A stretch of DNA of 39,238 nt from Candidatus Micrarchaeota archaeon (GCA_013425455.1 JACCLI010000047.1:1-39238); one strand, 5' to 3'; shown: positions 18,404 through 27,259, numbered from the stretch's first letter. The notes: generated by a model from the letters alone, not told the origin. Translations and numbers: made by a program.

Positions 18404-18476
18404 AGCCCCTTCGTCTAGCGGTCAAGGATAGCGGGCTTTGGACCCGTTGACACCGGTTCGAATCCGGTAGGGGCTA
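18404..18476 (+). tRNA. tRNA-Gln (anticodon TTG)
   Basis: Acceptor stem AGCCCCT/AGGGGCT (A1-U72), anticodon arm GCGGG-CTTTGGA-CCCGT, T arm ACCGG-TTCGAAT-CCGGT. No encoded CCA. Confidence 0.97.
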
Positions 18477-18533
18477 ATAGGAGTATGGAACGACGGAGGA
18501 GGAGAGGGTTTATAAATCCTTTCCGAGTAATAT

Positions 18534-18854
18534 ATGTGTGAGAAAATGGTTATGAAAGAAAAGTACGTTCCAGAGCAACTCGACATTGTCCCTTCCAGGG
18601 CAGAAAGGGAGGCAGTTGTACCCATAGCCATAAGGCAGATGGACCATTCCGCTTATACAATAGAAAAGCTCAGGGAGAGCGTCACCGCGATGGAGCTCGA
18701 CCACCACAATTTTCCTACTCCTTTTGAGGCCTCTGCCCATACGCAGGTGGCGGAGAGGTGGGAGCGCCTGCCGATAAACAAAAATCACGGTTCCTCGAGG
18801 CACGACCCGATCGGAAGGCTTTTTGAGAATCTCAGGCACTCTGTTTCTGACTAG
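18534..18854 (+). CDS. Hypothetical protein
   Basis: 106-aa ORF filling the gap between tRNA-Gln and the GMP synthase gene, with TTTATAAA just upstream. No recognisable motif. Confidence 0.55.
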   Translation: MCEKMVMKEKYVPEQLDIVPSRAEREAVVPIAIRQMDHSAYTIEKLRESVTAMELDHHNFPTPFEASAHTQVAERWERLPINKNHGSSRHDPIGRLFENLRHSVSD

Positions 18855-18875
18855 AAAACCCGGAAAAGAAATTTG

Positions 18876-19832
18876 TTATTCCATCTCTATTGTGGAAGGC
18901 GGCTTGTTCGTAATGTCATAGACCACTCTTCCGACGCCCCTTATCTCGTTTGTAATCCTTGTGGAGATTGTGGATAATACCCCAAATGGGATTTCTGAAA
19001 AGTTGGCGGTCATTCCGTCCAAACTGCGGACTGCGCGCACGACCACCGTGTATTTGTATACTCTTTCATCTCCGGCGACTCCCACGGTCTTTGAAGGGAG
19101 CACAGCGGCGAAATATTGCCAGGGGCGCTCCATTTTCTTTTCCGCGGATGCGCGGTCCAGTTCCTCTTCAACGATGAAGCAGGCATCCTTTACAATATCT
19201 AATTTCTCGCGGGAGATTTCACCTACTATGCGGACCGCGAGGCCGGGGCCTGGGAAGGGCTGCCTCTCGAAAATGTAATTCGGGAGCCCGAGTTCTTTTC
19301 CAACCATGCGCACCTCGTGCTTGTAGAGTTCGCGCAGGGGCTCGCACAGTCTCAAATCCATATCTTTTGGGAGGCCGCCCACATTGTGGTGGGACTTTAT
19401 TGTCTGCCTCCCTCCGCCGCCGCTTTCAATCCAGTCCGGGGCAATTGTTCCCTGGATGAGCACCTTTACCTTTTCCTTTTTCGCTATTTCCTCGAATACG
19501 CGGATGAATTGTTCGCCGATTATTTTCCTCTTCTGCTCAGGCTCGGAAATTCCTTCCAGTTTCTTGATGAAGCGCTCGCTCTCGCTTGCGATGCGGATTG
19601 GAATGCCCACCTTTCCAGCCGCTTCTTTCACGTGCTGCGCCTCGTTCTTGCGCATGAAGCCGTTGTCCACGAAGACGGAAACGAGTTGGTTAGGAACGGC
19701 GCGGGCGGCGAGGGTGGCGGCGACCATTGAATCCACGCCTCCGGAAACAGCGATTATGCATCTCTCCTTCCCCACTGCTTTCTTTATGTCTTCCACTGCC
19801 TGCGGAATGAATTTTGATGGATTGAATGCCAT
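18876..19832 (-). CDS. guaA: GMP synthase, ATP pyrophosphatase subunit B (archaeal split type)
   Basis: SGGVDS PP-loop, QGTIAPDWIES, IKSHHNVGG, PFPGPGLAVR, YDITNKPPSTIE. No GATase domain. Confidence 0.96.
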   Translation of the reverse strand: MAFNPSKFIPQAVEDIKKAVGKERCIIAVSGGVDSMVAATLAARAVPNQLVSVFVDNGFMRKNEAQHVKEAAGKVGIPIRIASESERFIKKLEGISEPEQKRKIIGEQFIRVFEEIAKKEKVKVLIQGTIAPDWIESGGGGRQTIKSHHNVGGLPKDMDLRLCEPLRELYKHEVRMVGKELGLPNYIFERQPFPGPGLAVRIVGEISREKLDIVKDACFIVEEELDRASAEKKMERPWQYFAAVLPSKTVGVAGDERVYKYTVVVRAVRSLDGMTANFSEIPFGVLSTISTRITNEIRGVGRVVYDITNKPPSTIEME

Positions 19833-19852
19833 GGCTGGATTTCTGGGGCGGA

Positions 19853-19861
19853 TTTTAAATA
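19853..19861. promoter_or_regulatory. Bidirectional TATA box between the divergent GMP synthase B and EndoQ genes
   Basis: TTTTAAATA is centred in a 50-bp gap, ~21 nt from each ATG (19832 -, 19883 +). Confidence 0.55.
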
Positions 19862-19882
19862 GCTCACGGTCAAAAGTGGTGC

Positions 19883-21112
19883 ATGCACATTATCGCGGAC
19901 TTGCATCTCCATTCAAAGTATTCACGCGCGACCAGTGGAAACTCTGATTTGGAGGGTTTGAGCGAGTGGGCGCAGACAAAGGGGATTGGATTGTTGGGGA
20001 GCGCGGATTTCACGCACCCTAAATGGCTGGGGGAATTGAAAAAGAAACTGAAGGATGAGGGGGAGGGGATTTTCTCCTACAAGAATACGAAATTCATGCT
20101 CACCACGGAAGTGAGCAACATATTTTATCGGAAGGATGTGAACAAGAAAGTGCATAACATCCTATTCGCGCCTTCGCTGGAAGTAGTGGGGCAGATCTGT
20201 GAAGGGCTGAAGAAATTTGGAAAATTGGAGGAGGATGGGAGGCCCATCCTGAATTTGGATATTATTGAGATGATGGAGATTCTCCGCGGGATATCGCGCG
20301 AAATCTACGTCGTGCCGGCTCACGCTTGGACTCCTTGGTTTGGGGTGTTCGGCTCAAAATCCGGGTTTGATTCATTGGAAGAGGCGTTCGGGAAATATGC
20401 GAAGGATATTTTTGCATTGGAAACGGGATTGTCTTCCGACCCTTCGATGAACTGGATGCTGAGCGCGCTGGACAGGATCACTCTAATCTCCAATTCGGAC
20501 TGCCATTCCCCGCAGAAATTGGGGAGGGAGGCGAATGTGTTTGAGCTTGAGAGGCTGACGTACAAGGCGGTTATGGATGCGATAAAGACGCGGAAGGGAT
20601 TCCTGAAGACTTATGAGTTTTATCCGGAGGAAGGGAAATACCACTGGGACGGGCACCGTGACTGCAAGGTATGCCTTTCCCCTCCGGAATCAATTAAGAT
20701 GGGGGATTTGTGCCCGGTGTGCAAGAAGAAGTTGACCGTGGGAGTATTGCACAGGGTTGCTGCGCTTGCGGACAGAAAGGAGGGGTTTGTTCCTCCGCAC
20801 TCGGTTCCGTTTACGAGATTGATTCCGCTCATGGAAATTATTGCCTCTGTGCGGGATGCGGGGGTAGGCACGAAGGGGGTGCAGGAGGAGTATTTCAAAT
20901 TGGTGAATTACTTCGGGAATGAGTTTGCGGCGCTGGAGGCGCCGGAAGAGAATCTAATTCTGGCTTCGGACAAGGTGCTTGCAAAAGCAATAGTGAAGGC
21001 AAGGGAAGGGCAGGTTTACTGGAAGCCGGGTTACGATGGGGTTTTCGGGGAGATGAGATGGGAAAAGCCGAAGGAGGACCCGAAGAGCCAGAAGAGCCTT
21101 ATGGATTTCTAA
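19883..21112 (+). CDS. endoQ: Endonuclease Q family (PHP domain plus Zn ribbon) DNA-repair nuclease
   Basis: DLHLHSKYSRATS, PAHAWTPW, ETGLSSD, SNSDCHS, GKYHWDGHRDC...CPVC, PGYDGVFG. Confidence 0.9.
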   Translation: MHIIADLHLHSKYSRATSGNSDLEGLSEWAQTKGIGLLGSADFTHPKWLGELKKKLKDEGEGIFSYKNTKFMLTTEVSNIFYRKDVNKKVHNILFAPSLEVVGQICEGLKKFGKLEEDGRPILNLDIIEMMEILRGISREIYVVPAHAWTPWFGVFGSKSGFDSLEEAFGKYAKDIFALETGLSSDPSMNWMLSALDRITLISNSDCHSPQKLGREANVFELERLTYKAVMDAIKTRKGFLKTYEFYPEEGKYHWDGHRDCKVCLSPPESIKMGDLCPVCKKKLTVGVLHRVAALADRKEGFVPPHSVPFTRLIPLMEIIASVRDAGVGTKGVQEEYFKLVNYFGNEFAALEAPEENLILASDKVLAKAIVKAREGQVYWKPGYDGVFGEMRWEKPKEDPKSQKSLMDF

Positions 21113-21169
21113 CACTTAAAAACACCTACTACCAATATGTTTAAATACCCTTCTTGACCATATATTACC

Positions 21170-22051
21170 ATGAATGGTGCCACCAAAACCCTCAGCCCTG
21201 AGGATAGGGCAATTGCCTTTACACTCAAGAGGGGAAGCGATTCTCAATTCGCAAACAGCATGTTCAAGCTCTCTTCAGACAGGATGCCAGAAGCCGCAAG
21301 GCTCTTCAGGTACCTGGAGAAGGTGGAGGAGGCGAGGGGAACGGGGCACTTTTTCCCGCTAAAATACCTGCTTACGCTGGCAATAGAGAGCAACGAGAGA
21401 AGCCAGAGGTTCTGCCTTATAGGCGGATTCGCGGCCTTCATGTACATAACGGCTGCGGAAGGCGAGCTGAAGGGCCCCACTGAGAAGTGGAGGGGCTCCC
21501 ACGACCTGGACATAATAGCGATAGACAGGGGATTCCCGGCGATGGCGGCGGCAACTTTCAATACCCCGTTGATAAAGGCTCCTTTCCCGAACAAGACCGC
21601 GGTGAACGCATACGACGAGCACGCGGAGTTCCCGTGCGAAATGGACATCTATCACTTTGAAGGCGGAAAGCTCAGGATAGAGGAGTATGTGCTGAAAGAG
21701 AAGGACCTGAGGGCCGTAACATTCGAGAGGCTTGGGGTAAAATTCAATGTGATCTCCTGGGACCAGCTGGTCTCGCTGAAAGTTTATGCTAACAGGATGC
21801 GGGATAAGATAGATGTGGTTGACCTTGTATGCGCCCTTGCGAAGGCGGAAGAGCGCGGAATCAGCGGTGAGCTGGGGGGGAGCCTGGAGGAGCAGTTTGG
21901 AAAGCTTACCGAGGCGGAGAAGGAAGCGGTGAGGAAGGCGTTCGTGGAAGTTATCGCGACAAGGGATGTGAAGGAGAAGTTCGGGGGCATTGTCCCGTAT
22001 TACGGCAGGCAGGAGATAATCAGGGCATACGGGCAGATAGAAAGCCTTTGA
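21170..22051 (+). CDS. Orphan nucleotidyltransferase (Pol-beta superfamily, AbiEii-like motif order)
   Basis: LIGGFA...RGSHDLDII...LKVYANRMRDKIDV. Has its own TATA, TTTAAATA at 21140-21147. Confidence 0.7.
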   Translation: MNGATKTLSPEDRAIAFTLKRGSDSQFANSMFKLSSDRMPEAARLFRYLEKVEEARGTGHFFPLKYLLTLAIESNERSQRFCLIGGFAAFMYITAAEGELKGPTEKWRGSHDLDIIAIDRGFPAMAAATFNTPLIKAPFPNKTAVNAYDEHAEFPCEMDIYHFEGGKLRIEEYVLKEKDLRAVTFERLGVKFNVISWDQLVSLKVYANRMRDKIDVVDLVCALAKAEERGISGELGGSLEEQFGKLTEAEKEAVRKAFVEVIATRDVKEKFGGIVPYYGRQEIIRAYGQIESL

Positions 22052-22094
22052 TGCATACCTCTCTTTTTTAATCGTTATCCAGCAAATCTAACCT

Positions 22095-23585
22095 ATGGAA
22101 CTCCACGAGAGAATATATGAGCTGGCGCTCACGCGCTCCTTTTTCTACCCTTCAAATGAGCCTTATGGGCAGGTTTCGGGCTTCTATGATTATGGGCCGA
22201 CGGGATGGCAGATTAAAAGGAGATTGCAGGCCCTCTGGAGGAGGATGTTCATACAGGAGGAGGGATTTCTGGAGGTGGAATCCTCTATTGTTACTCCGGA
22301 GATTGTATTGAAGGCGAGCGGGCACGTGGAGGAATTCACGGACCCTGTGGTAGAGTGCGAGAAGTGCCACACGAAAGTGAGGGCAGACCATTTGGTCGAG
22401 AGCAAGATTGAGTTCAAGTGGGACGGAAAACTGGAGACGCTCACCGCGAAGATAAGGGACAATGAGATAAAGTGCCCTTCCTGCGGGGGAAGGCTGTCGG
22501 ATGCGTTTGCTTCCAATCTGATGTTCCATACGGGGATTGGGGCGGGGCAGGAGACTGCCTATTTGAGGCCCGAGACCGCGCAGGGCATATTTACCGCGTT
22601 TCCGCGGGTGTTCAGGAACCATGGGGCGAAACTGCCCCTTGCGGTGGGGCAGATTGGGAGGAGCTTCAGGAACGAGATTTCCCCGCGGAGGAGCCTCGTG
22701 AGGATGAGGGAGTTTACGCAGATGGAGCTGGAATACTTCTTCAACCCCAAGATTCCCACAATTGAGGGGTTTGAAAGGGTGCGGGAAAAGAAGATTAGGA
22801 TTCTCACCCGGGAAGAGCAGGAGGGGAGCGGGGCGCCAAAATGGATGAGCGCGGGGGAGATAGTGGAGAGGGGGATTGCGAACGAGATTATGGCCTATTT
22901 CCTGGTTAAGGAATGGGAGTATTATACTATTGCAGGTTTGGCTCCTGATGCGATGTGGTTCAGGCACCTTCGTGCGGATGAGACTCCGCACTATTCCCGG
23001 AGCAATGTGGATTTGGAGGTGGAAACCTCCCATGGGATTGTGGAGATTGCAGGGAACGCGTATAGGACGGATTATGATTTGGGAAGGCATGCGCAGTTCA
23101 GCAAGAAGGATTTGAGTGTGTTTTCCGAAGAGACTAAGGAAAAAGTTGTACCGCACGTGGTGGAGGTCTCGATGGGAGTTGATAGATTGTTCTTCTGCAT
23201 GCTCGAGCACTCGTTTAGGGAGAAATCCGAGGGGAAGGACTGGGAATGGTTTGACTTTTCCCCCTTTGTTGCGCCTTATGACTTATGCGTATTCCCTCTT
23301 ATGAAGAAGGACGGGCTGCGCGAGAAGGCAGAGAGCATCGTGCTTATGATGAGGGAGGCGGGAGTGGAGGCGTTCTTCTCCGATGCGGGGAGCATAGGGA
23401 GGAGGTATGCGAAGGCGGACGAGATTGGGGTTCCTTATGCGATTACTATTGATTATCAGACGCTGGAAGACGATTCCGTAACCATCCGGTTTAGGAACGA
23501 CGGAAAGCAGGAAAGGGTTGCGGTAGAGAAACTGGTGGAAAAGATAAAGAAATTGAAGAAGGAAGGGAAATTGGTATTAGGTTGA
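22095..23585 (+). CDS. glyS: Glycine--tRNA ligase (homodimeric archaeal/eukaryal type)
   Basis: YDYGP, LKASGHV, LRPETAQG, FRNEISPR...RMREFTQME, SIGRRYAKADEIGVP. Confidence 0.97.
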   Translation: MELHERIYELALTRSFFYPSNEPYGQVSGFYDYGPTGWQIKRRLQALWRRMFIQEEGFLEVESSIVTPEIVLKASGHVEEFTDPVVECEKCHTKVRADHLVESKIEFKWDGKLETLTAKIRDNEIKCPSCGGRLSDAFASNLMFHTGIGAGQETAYLRPETAQGIFTAFPRVFRNHGAKLPLAVGQIGRSFRNEISPRRSLVRMREFTQMELEYFFNPKIPTIEGFERVREKKIRILTREEQEGSGAPKWMSAGEIVERGIANEIMAYFLVKEWEYYTIAGLAPDAMWFRHLRADETPHYSRSNVDLEVETSHGIVEIAGNAYRTDYDLGRHAQFSKKDLSVFSEETKEKVVPHVVEVSMGVDRLFFCMLEHSFREKSEGKDWEWFDFSPFVAPYDLCVFPLMKKDGLREKAESIVLMMREAGVEAFFSDAGSIGRRYAKADEIGVPYAITIDYQTLEDDSVTIRFRNDGKQERVAVEKLVEKIKKLKKEGKLVLG

Positions 23586-23589
23586 AGAT

Positions 23590-23853
23590 ATGACTTTGAT
23601 TTCAGAACCGGAAGATTTGGTCTGGAAGGTTAAGACAGGGCGAATGTCTGCGCATGATGCCTTGCTCATTATGAAAAGATTATTTGAAAAGAATGCTAAA
23701 CTAGATGAGGCGAGGAATTTAAGGGAGATAAGGGGATACCTGGAGGACGAAGCAGCAAAAGAAAACATGAGGGCAGTCCTGAAAGCTGGTAGAAGAACGA
23801 GAATGGAAAGAAGAAATCCTGAGCCAACGCATCTGAGAAGGCTGAGGGTATAG
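23590..23853 (+). CDS. Hypothetical small basic protein
   Basis: 87-aa AT-richer ORF right after glyS, with an Arg-rich C-terminus. Confidence 0.6.
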   Translation: MTLISEPEDLVWKVKTGRMSAHDALLIMKRLFEKNAKLDEARNLREIRGYLEDEAAKENMRAVLKAGRRTRMERRNPEPTHLRRLRV

Positions 23854-23859
23854 AAAACT

Positions 23860-24261
23860 CTAATCCTTTATGCCGAGCGCATCCTTGGCAAGGCTCATCT
23901 GGCTTTCAACCGGCTTTATTGCCACTTCGGTGAATGCGTGGTCGGTTTTTCCGAGGATGTAGACGCTCTCCAGGTCCACTTTTCTGTTTGAGAGCTTCCT
24001 TGTGAGCTTTCCCAGTTCCCCGGGCCTGTTCGCCATCTTTATTACGAGGATGTCTGCGACGGTTATCTCCCGTATTCCCACCTGCTTGTCAAGGATTCTC
24101 TTTGCGGAAACCGGGTCGGTGGTCACGATGCGGAAGATTGCGTTGACCCCCTGCCCGTAGGCGGCGATTGCCTCGATGTTCACGCCTGCGCCCCCGATCG
24201 CCTCCGCGATGTTCGCGAGAGTACCAATCCTGTTTTCCACGATTACGGTTATTTCCTTCAT
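23860..24261 (-). CDS. Tandem ACT-domain protein
   Basis: True start is MKEITVIVENRIGTLA, since the longer ORF runs through tRNA-iMet. The second ACT domain is MANRPGELGKLT. Confidence 0.88.
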   Translation of the reverse strand: MKEITVIVENRIGTLANIAEAIGGAGVNIEAIAAYGQGVNAIFRIVTTDPVSAKRILDKQVGIREITVADILVIKMANRPGELGKLTRKLSNRKVDLESVYILGKTDHAFTEVAIKPVESQMSLAKDALGIKD

Positions 24262-24311
24262 ACGGACACCCCAAATCCTTTTTGCGCCCGAAAGACCGGG
24301 CAAAAATGAAT

Positions 24312-24386
24312 TAGCGGGAGGTGGATTTGAACCACCGATCTCTGGGTTATGAGCCCAGCGGGCACTCCAAGCTACCCTATCCCGCT
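24312..24386 (-). tRNA. Initiator tRNA-Met (anticodon CAT)
   Basis: The reverse complement AGCGGGA...CTGGG-CTCATAA-CCCAG...GGTGG-TTCAAAT-CCACC-TCCCGCT-A has A1-U72 and three consecutive G-C pairs in the anticodon stem. Confidence 0.96.
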
Positions 24387-24486
24387 TCAAAATCTAACAG
24401 AAGTGATTCCTATTTTGAGCGACGCTCTTTTTAATTCTTCCATCGTATTTAATTAAATCTGACCTACGGCGATTGCTAATAAAAAT

Positions 24487-24567
24487 CGCGGGGGGTTATG
24501 ATTACCCGTTAAATCGGGTGGGGGTCAGGAGGACCCTCAAACTGGGGGGAGGGTGTCCCTCCCCGCG
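24487..24567. other. GC-rich multi-hairpin element immediately upstream of tRNA-Ser (putative structured RNA or dispersed repeat)
   Basis: The ends CGCGGGG/CCCCGCG can pair. Inner hairpins are ACCCG-TTAAAT-CGGGT and GGGTC-AGGAG-GACCC. GGGAGGG-TGT-CCCTCCC is an alternative pairing for the 3' C-run. Confidence 0.45.
24490..24507. repeat. 18-bp dispersed repeat, copy 1 (GGGGGGTTATGATTACCC)
   Basis: Exact match to 28622-28639; both copies are intergenic. Confidence 0.85.
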
Positions 24568-24574
24568 GTTCGGT

Positions 24575-24659
24575 GCTGGGGTCGCCTAGTCCGGTAGGGC
24601 GGCAGCCTGCTAAGCTGTTCTCCCAAAAGGAGTCGAGGGTTCAAATCCCTCCCCCGGCG
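24575..24659 (+). tRNA. tRNA-Ser (anticodon GCT)
   Basis: Acceptor stem GCTGGGG/CCCCGGC, anticodon arm GCAGC-CTGCTAA-GCTGT, long variable arm CTCC-CAAAA-GGAG, T arm GAGGG-TTCAAAT-CCCTC, G discriminator. Confidence 0.96.
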
Positions 24660-24764
24660 AAGGTCTTGGGTTAGAGTTAGGTAGGACTGCTTCTGTCCGG
24701 AAGTGTCTGTTTTTAAGATTTCCTGTATAAACCCCAAACAACACATTAATACTGGGGTGAAAAT

Positions 24765-25103
24765 ATGGGATGTGGAGAACTTGATGGCGGAACCCGTTGC
24801 CTTGGGGCTATACATGGCCCGGAGGATGTAATTGCGCTATTGCGCGCTGGCGCAATAAGCGAGGCAGAGGCAGAAGAAATAATCAGAACCGGAAAAGAAG
24901 CTGACTTAAATTTTCTGACGTGTGATAGGGTCGGGATTGAAAAGGAAGCTGCACGCAAGCTGGTTGACAAGAGATATGAAAGAGTTCCAGAGCAGCTCAG
25001 GGCAGCCGCAAGCGAAAGCAGGTTCGTGGCAAAGGACAGGGGAGAAAGGATGAAAGGGACAGAAGCCACTGCCCCGGCCAAAGATGGCTTAAAGAAGAAA
25101 TAA
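24765..25103 (+). CDS. Hypothetical protein in a possible small islet downstream of tRNA-Ser
   Basis: 112-aa ORF with a GGGGTG RBS-like sequence, in an AT-richer context. Confidence 0.6.
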   Translation: MGCGELDGGTRCLGAIHGPEDVIALLRAGAISEAEAEEIIRTGKEADLNFLTCDRVGIEKEAARKLVDKRYERVPEQLRAAASESRFVAKDRGERMKGTEATAPAKDGLKKK

Positions 25104-25158
25104 TCTATTGGGCTTTTACGGGAGTGGAGGTCCAAAGTTGAACCTAGAGTGAGAGGCG

Positions 25159-25169
25159 CTCCCCCGGCG
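25159..25169 (+). repeat. 11-bp direct repeat of the tRNA-Ser 3' end (possible att remnant)
   Basis: CTCCCCCGGCG is identical to 24649-24659. Confidence 0.5.
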
Positions 25170-25204
25170 TCTTATTTTTTAAACTTAAAAAGAGGAATAT
25201 CCAT

Positions 25205-25903
25205 ATGCGAAACCTTGCGTTCGCAATCCATCCGCATGAGATGGATGTTGCGATACGAAGGGCGAAGTCCTCGCTTCGGCTGCTTGAGGCCGAGCCATGC
25301 AAGGCACCCAAGGAAAGGAAATGGCCCATTCCGGAGCCGGTGCAGGTGGCTATGCTGAAGGCGATGCACCCGGAGATGGAGGGGGCGAGGATAAAGAGGC
25401 TGCTGCGGGACGGGAGGATGCGCCTGCCGCAAAAGAAGTACCATCTGGAAGAGGTAAAGAGGGCGGCGGTATTGGCGCTGGTTAAGCACCTTGGCAAAAA
25501 CCCCTTGTGCGTGCCGGACGAGGATTTTGAAAGGAATGGGCTGGGATGGCTTGTGAACAGGTACGGCTCGTCCTTCAAGGCGCTGAAAAGCGTCGGTCTT
25601 CTCTCTGAAAAGGACAGGCACGCGCACCGCTTCAAGAAGAAGCCCTGGACCTTCAGCAACAGGGAGAACAGGATAAAAGCACTGCGGGAGGCGGAAGAAA
25701 AGCTGGGCGGGAAGCCACGGGAGACGAGGCTGTGGCACCTCAAGGATGAATTCCCGAAGGTCCATGCGATGGTGATAAACTATTATCACGGCTCGGTCTT
25801 CGAGGCGTACGTGGATGCTGGCCTTGCCACCCGGAAGGATGAGGAATACATGCGCGCCGGGACCGAGAGGCTGAAAAGGAAGATTGCGAGGGAAGGCGGA
25901 TAA
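25205..25903 (+). CDS. Helical-repeat protein (two ~70-aa units, DUF4046-like); paralog of 34053-35312
   Basis: LGK...DFERNGLG...Y...AL, RENR...EKLG, C-terminal DAGL...DEEYMR. Confidence 0.7.
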   Translation: MRNLAFAIHPHEMDVAIRRAKSSLRLLEAEPCKAPKERKWPIPEPVQVAMLKAMHPEMEGARIKRLLRDGRMRLPQKKYHLEEVKRAAVLALVKHLGKNPLCVPDEDFERNGLGWLVNRYGSSFKALKSVGLLSEKDRHAHRFKKKPWTFSNRENRIKALREAEEKLGGKPRETRLWHLKDEFPKVHAMVINYYHGSVFEAYVDAGLATRKDEEYMRAGTERLKRKIAREGG

Positions 25904-26257
25904 CTATTTGTTCTCGCACCTCAGCTGCACATACATGTCCGAGCGGTCCTTCTGGTTTGCCTCCCCATCGTAGGCGAAAAGGGCGACGTCGCACTTGTAG
26001 AGCTGGGGCGGCGTGTTGTGGTTGGAGAAGACCTTTATTCCCTTGGAAAGGGAGCCGCGGGGCTCGCATATCCCGATTCTAAACCTCCCTGTGCCCATCA
26101 TCCCGGTCTGGGAAAGGGAGAGCGCGGGCGGGAGCTTCACGTCCGCCTCGTACCACATGGGCAATTCGCGAGTTGAATCTATTTTTATGATTATTTCCAC
26201 GGAATCCACGCGCCTCGCGGCGAGCGGGCCCGGATAGACTGAGAGTTCCACTTTCAT
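25904..26257 (-). CDS. Small beta-sandwich (Ig-like) protein; probable paralog of 38511-38972
   Basis: An AGGTGGTG RBS precedes ATG 26257. Alternating beta pattern with RIGICEP and QLRC motifs. Confidence 0.65.
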   Translation of the reverse strand: MKVELSVYPGPLAARRVDSVEIIIKIDSTRELPMWYEADVKLPPALSLSQTGMMGTGRFRIGICEPRGSLSKGIKVFSNHNTPPQLYKCDVALFAYDGEANQKDRSDMYVQLRCENK

Positions 26258-26320
26258 TCCCACCACCTGCAATAATTTTACCGGATTAGTAATTTAAGGC
26301 TTGCCTTACAAACTGGGAGC

Positions 26321-26761
26321 GTGATACCCGAATCAAAGTTCATACGGAAAGAGATTGTGCTGCGGAACATGTGGCTCGCGGACGAAGTGAGGCTCACGCG
26401 CAAGTCCATGGTGAGGTGGGTGGCGCTCTCGCTGGGATTGATTTCGGAGAAGGAGAGCAGGGATTTGATTGTGGACCTGCTGGACGTGCTTTTCGAATTC
26501 TTTGCGAAGGGCGAGGAGCCCACGACGCAGGAGATACTGGATAGATTAAAAGTGAAAACGAATGAGGAGCCGAATCCAAAAGCGGTCTATTATCATTTAC
26601 AAAAATTGATGGACCAGGGATTATTGCAGAGGGAGAAGGGGAAGTATTTCATTTCCCGCGAGAATAAACGGCTCTCGGTTGCGGTGAAGGAACTCTACTT
26701 GAAGGAAGTGAACGAGGCGCTGGGCGAGATTACTAAAGCCCTGGAGATGCTGGAGAAGTAA
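26321..26761 (+). CDS. Winged helix-turn-helix protein
   Basis: TTQEILDRL...PKAVYYHLQKLMDQGLLQREKGKYFI. Confidence 0.8.
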   Translation: MIPESKFIRKEIVLRNMWLADEVRLTRKSMVRWVALSLGLISEKESRDLIVDLLDVLFEFFAKGEEPTTQEILDRLKVKTNEEPNPKAVYYHLQKLMDQGLLQREKGKYFISRENKRLSVAVKELYLKEVNEALGEITKALEMLEK

Positions 26762-27259
26762 TCAGGGCCTGCAGCAGGATAAACCCTTCCTGGGCTCCGC
26801 ATGGGATCTCATTGACTGGCAGGCGGGCATCCTTTCGAATGTGGGTTTTTGCCTTATGTCTTCCTTGCCAACGACTATTGTCTTTAGCACTTCAATCACG
26901 ATGGCAATCTTCTTGTCGCAGGTTATCACATTTCCGTCAGGCCCGCGGGCGAACCGTATCTTGTTTATCCTTTCCTGCTGGGAGATGTATTCGGGGTCGG
27001 TTTCGCTGGAGTTGTGGAGCACAAACGTATCCGGGAACCTTTTCTGGATGAGGGGCACTATGCCTGAAAAGGCGCTCTTGTTTTCTTCTATCTCCTCATC
27101 CATGATGTAGGCGTCGTATCTTGTCTCGGAAACCTTGAGGTAGCCGCCCACGCTCACCACTATGTCCACCCTCGCTTCAGGCATCATTCTACTGAAGATC
27201 TCCTTGTACATCCTAACCAGCGATGGGTTGTCCTCGACTATCAAAATCTTCATGGTCAT
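26762..27259 (-). CDS. Orphan CheY-like receiver (REC) domain protein with a C-terminal tail
   Basis: KILIVEDN, phosphoacceptor YIMD, LHNSS, CDKK. Confidence 0.75.
   Translation of the reverse strand: MTMKILIVEDNPSLVRMYKEIFSRMMPEARVDIVVSVGGYLKVSETRYDAYIMDEEIEENKSAFSGIVPLIQKRFPDTFVLHNSSETDPEYISQQERINKIRFARGPDGNVITCDKKIAIVIEVLKTIVVGKEDIRQKPTFERMPACQSMRSHAEPRKGLSCCRP

Noticed and set aside
24262-24390. N-terminal extension of the ACT-domain ORF
   Set aside because: It is a translation of the tRNA-iMet gene.
24469-24570. 5S rRNA, SRP RNA, box C/D sRNA or extra tRNA identity for the structured element
   Set aside because: No 5S or SRP helix-8 consensus and no T-loop. ATGATTA is only a partial box C, with no properly placed CTGA box D.
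24537-24815. Minus-strand 92-aa ORF (likewise 18422..18631)
   Set aside because: These are antisense readings across tRNA-Ser and tRNA-Gln.
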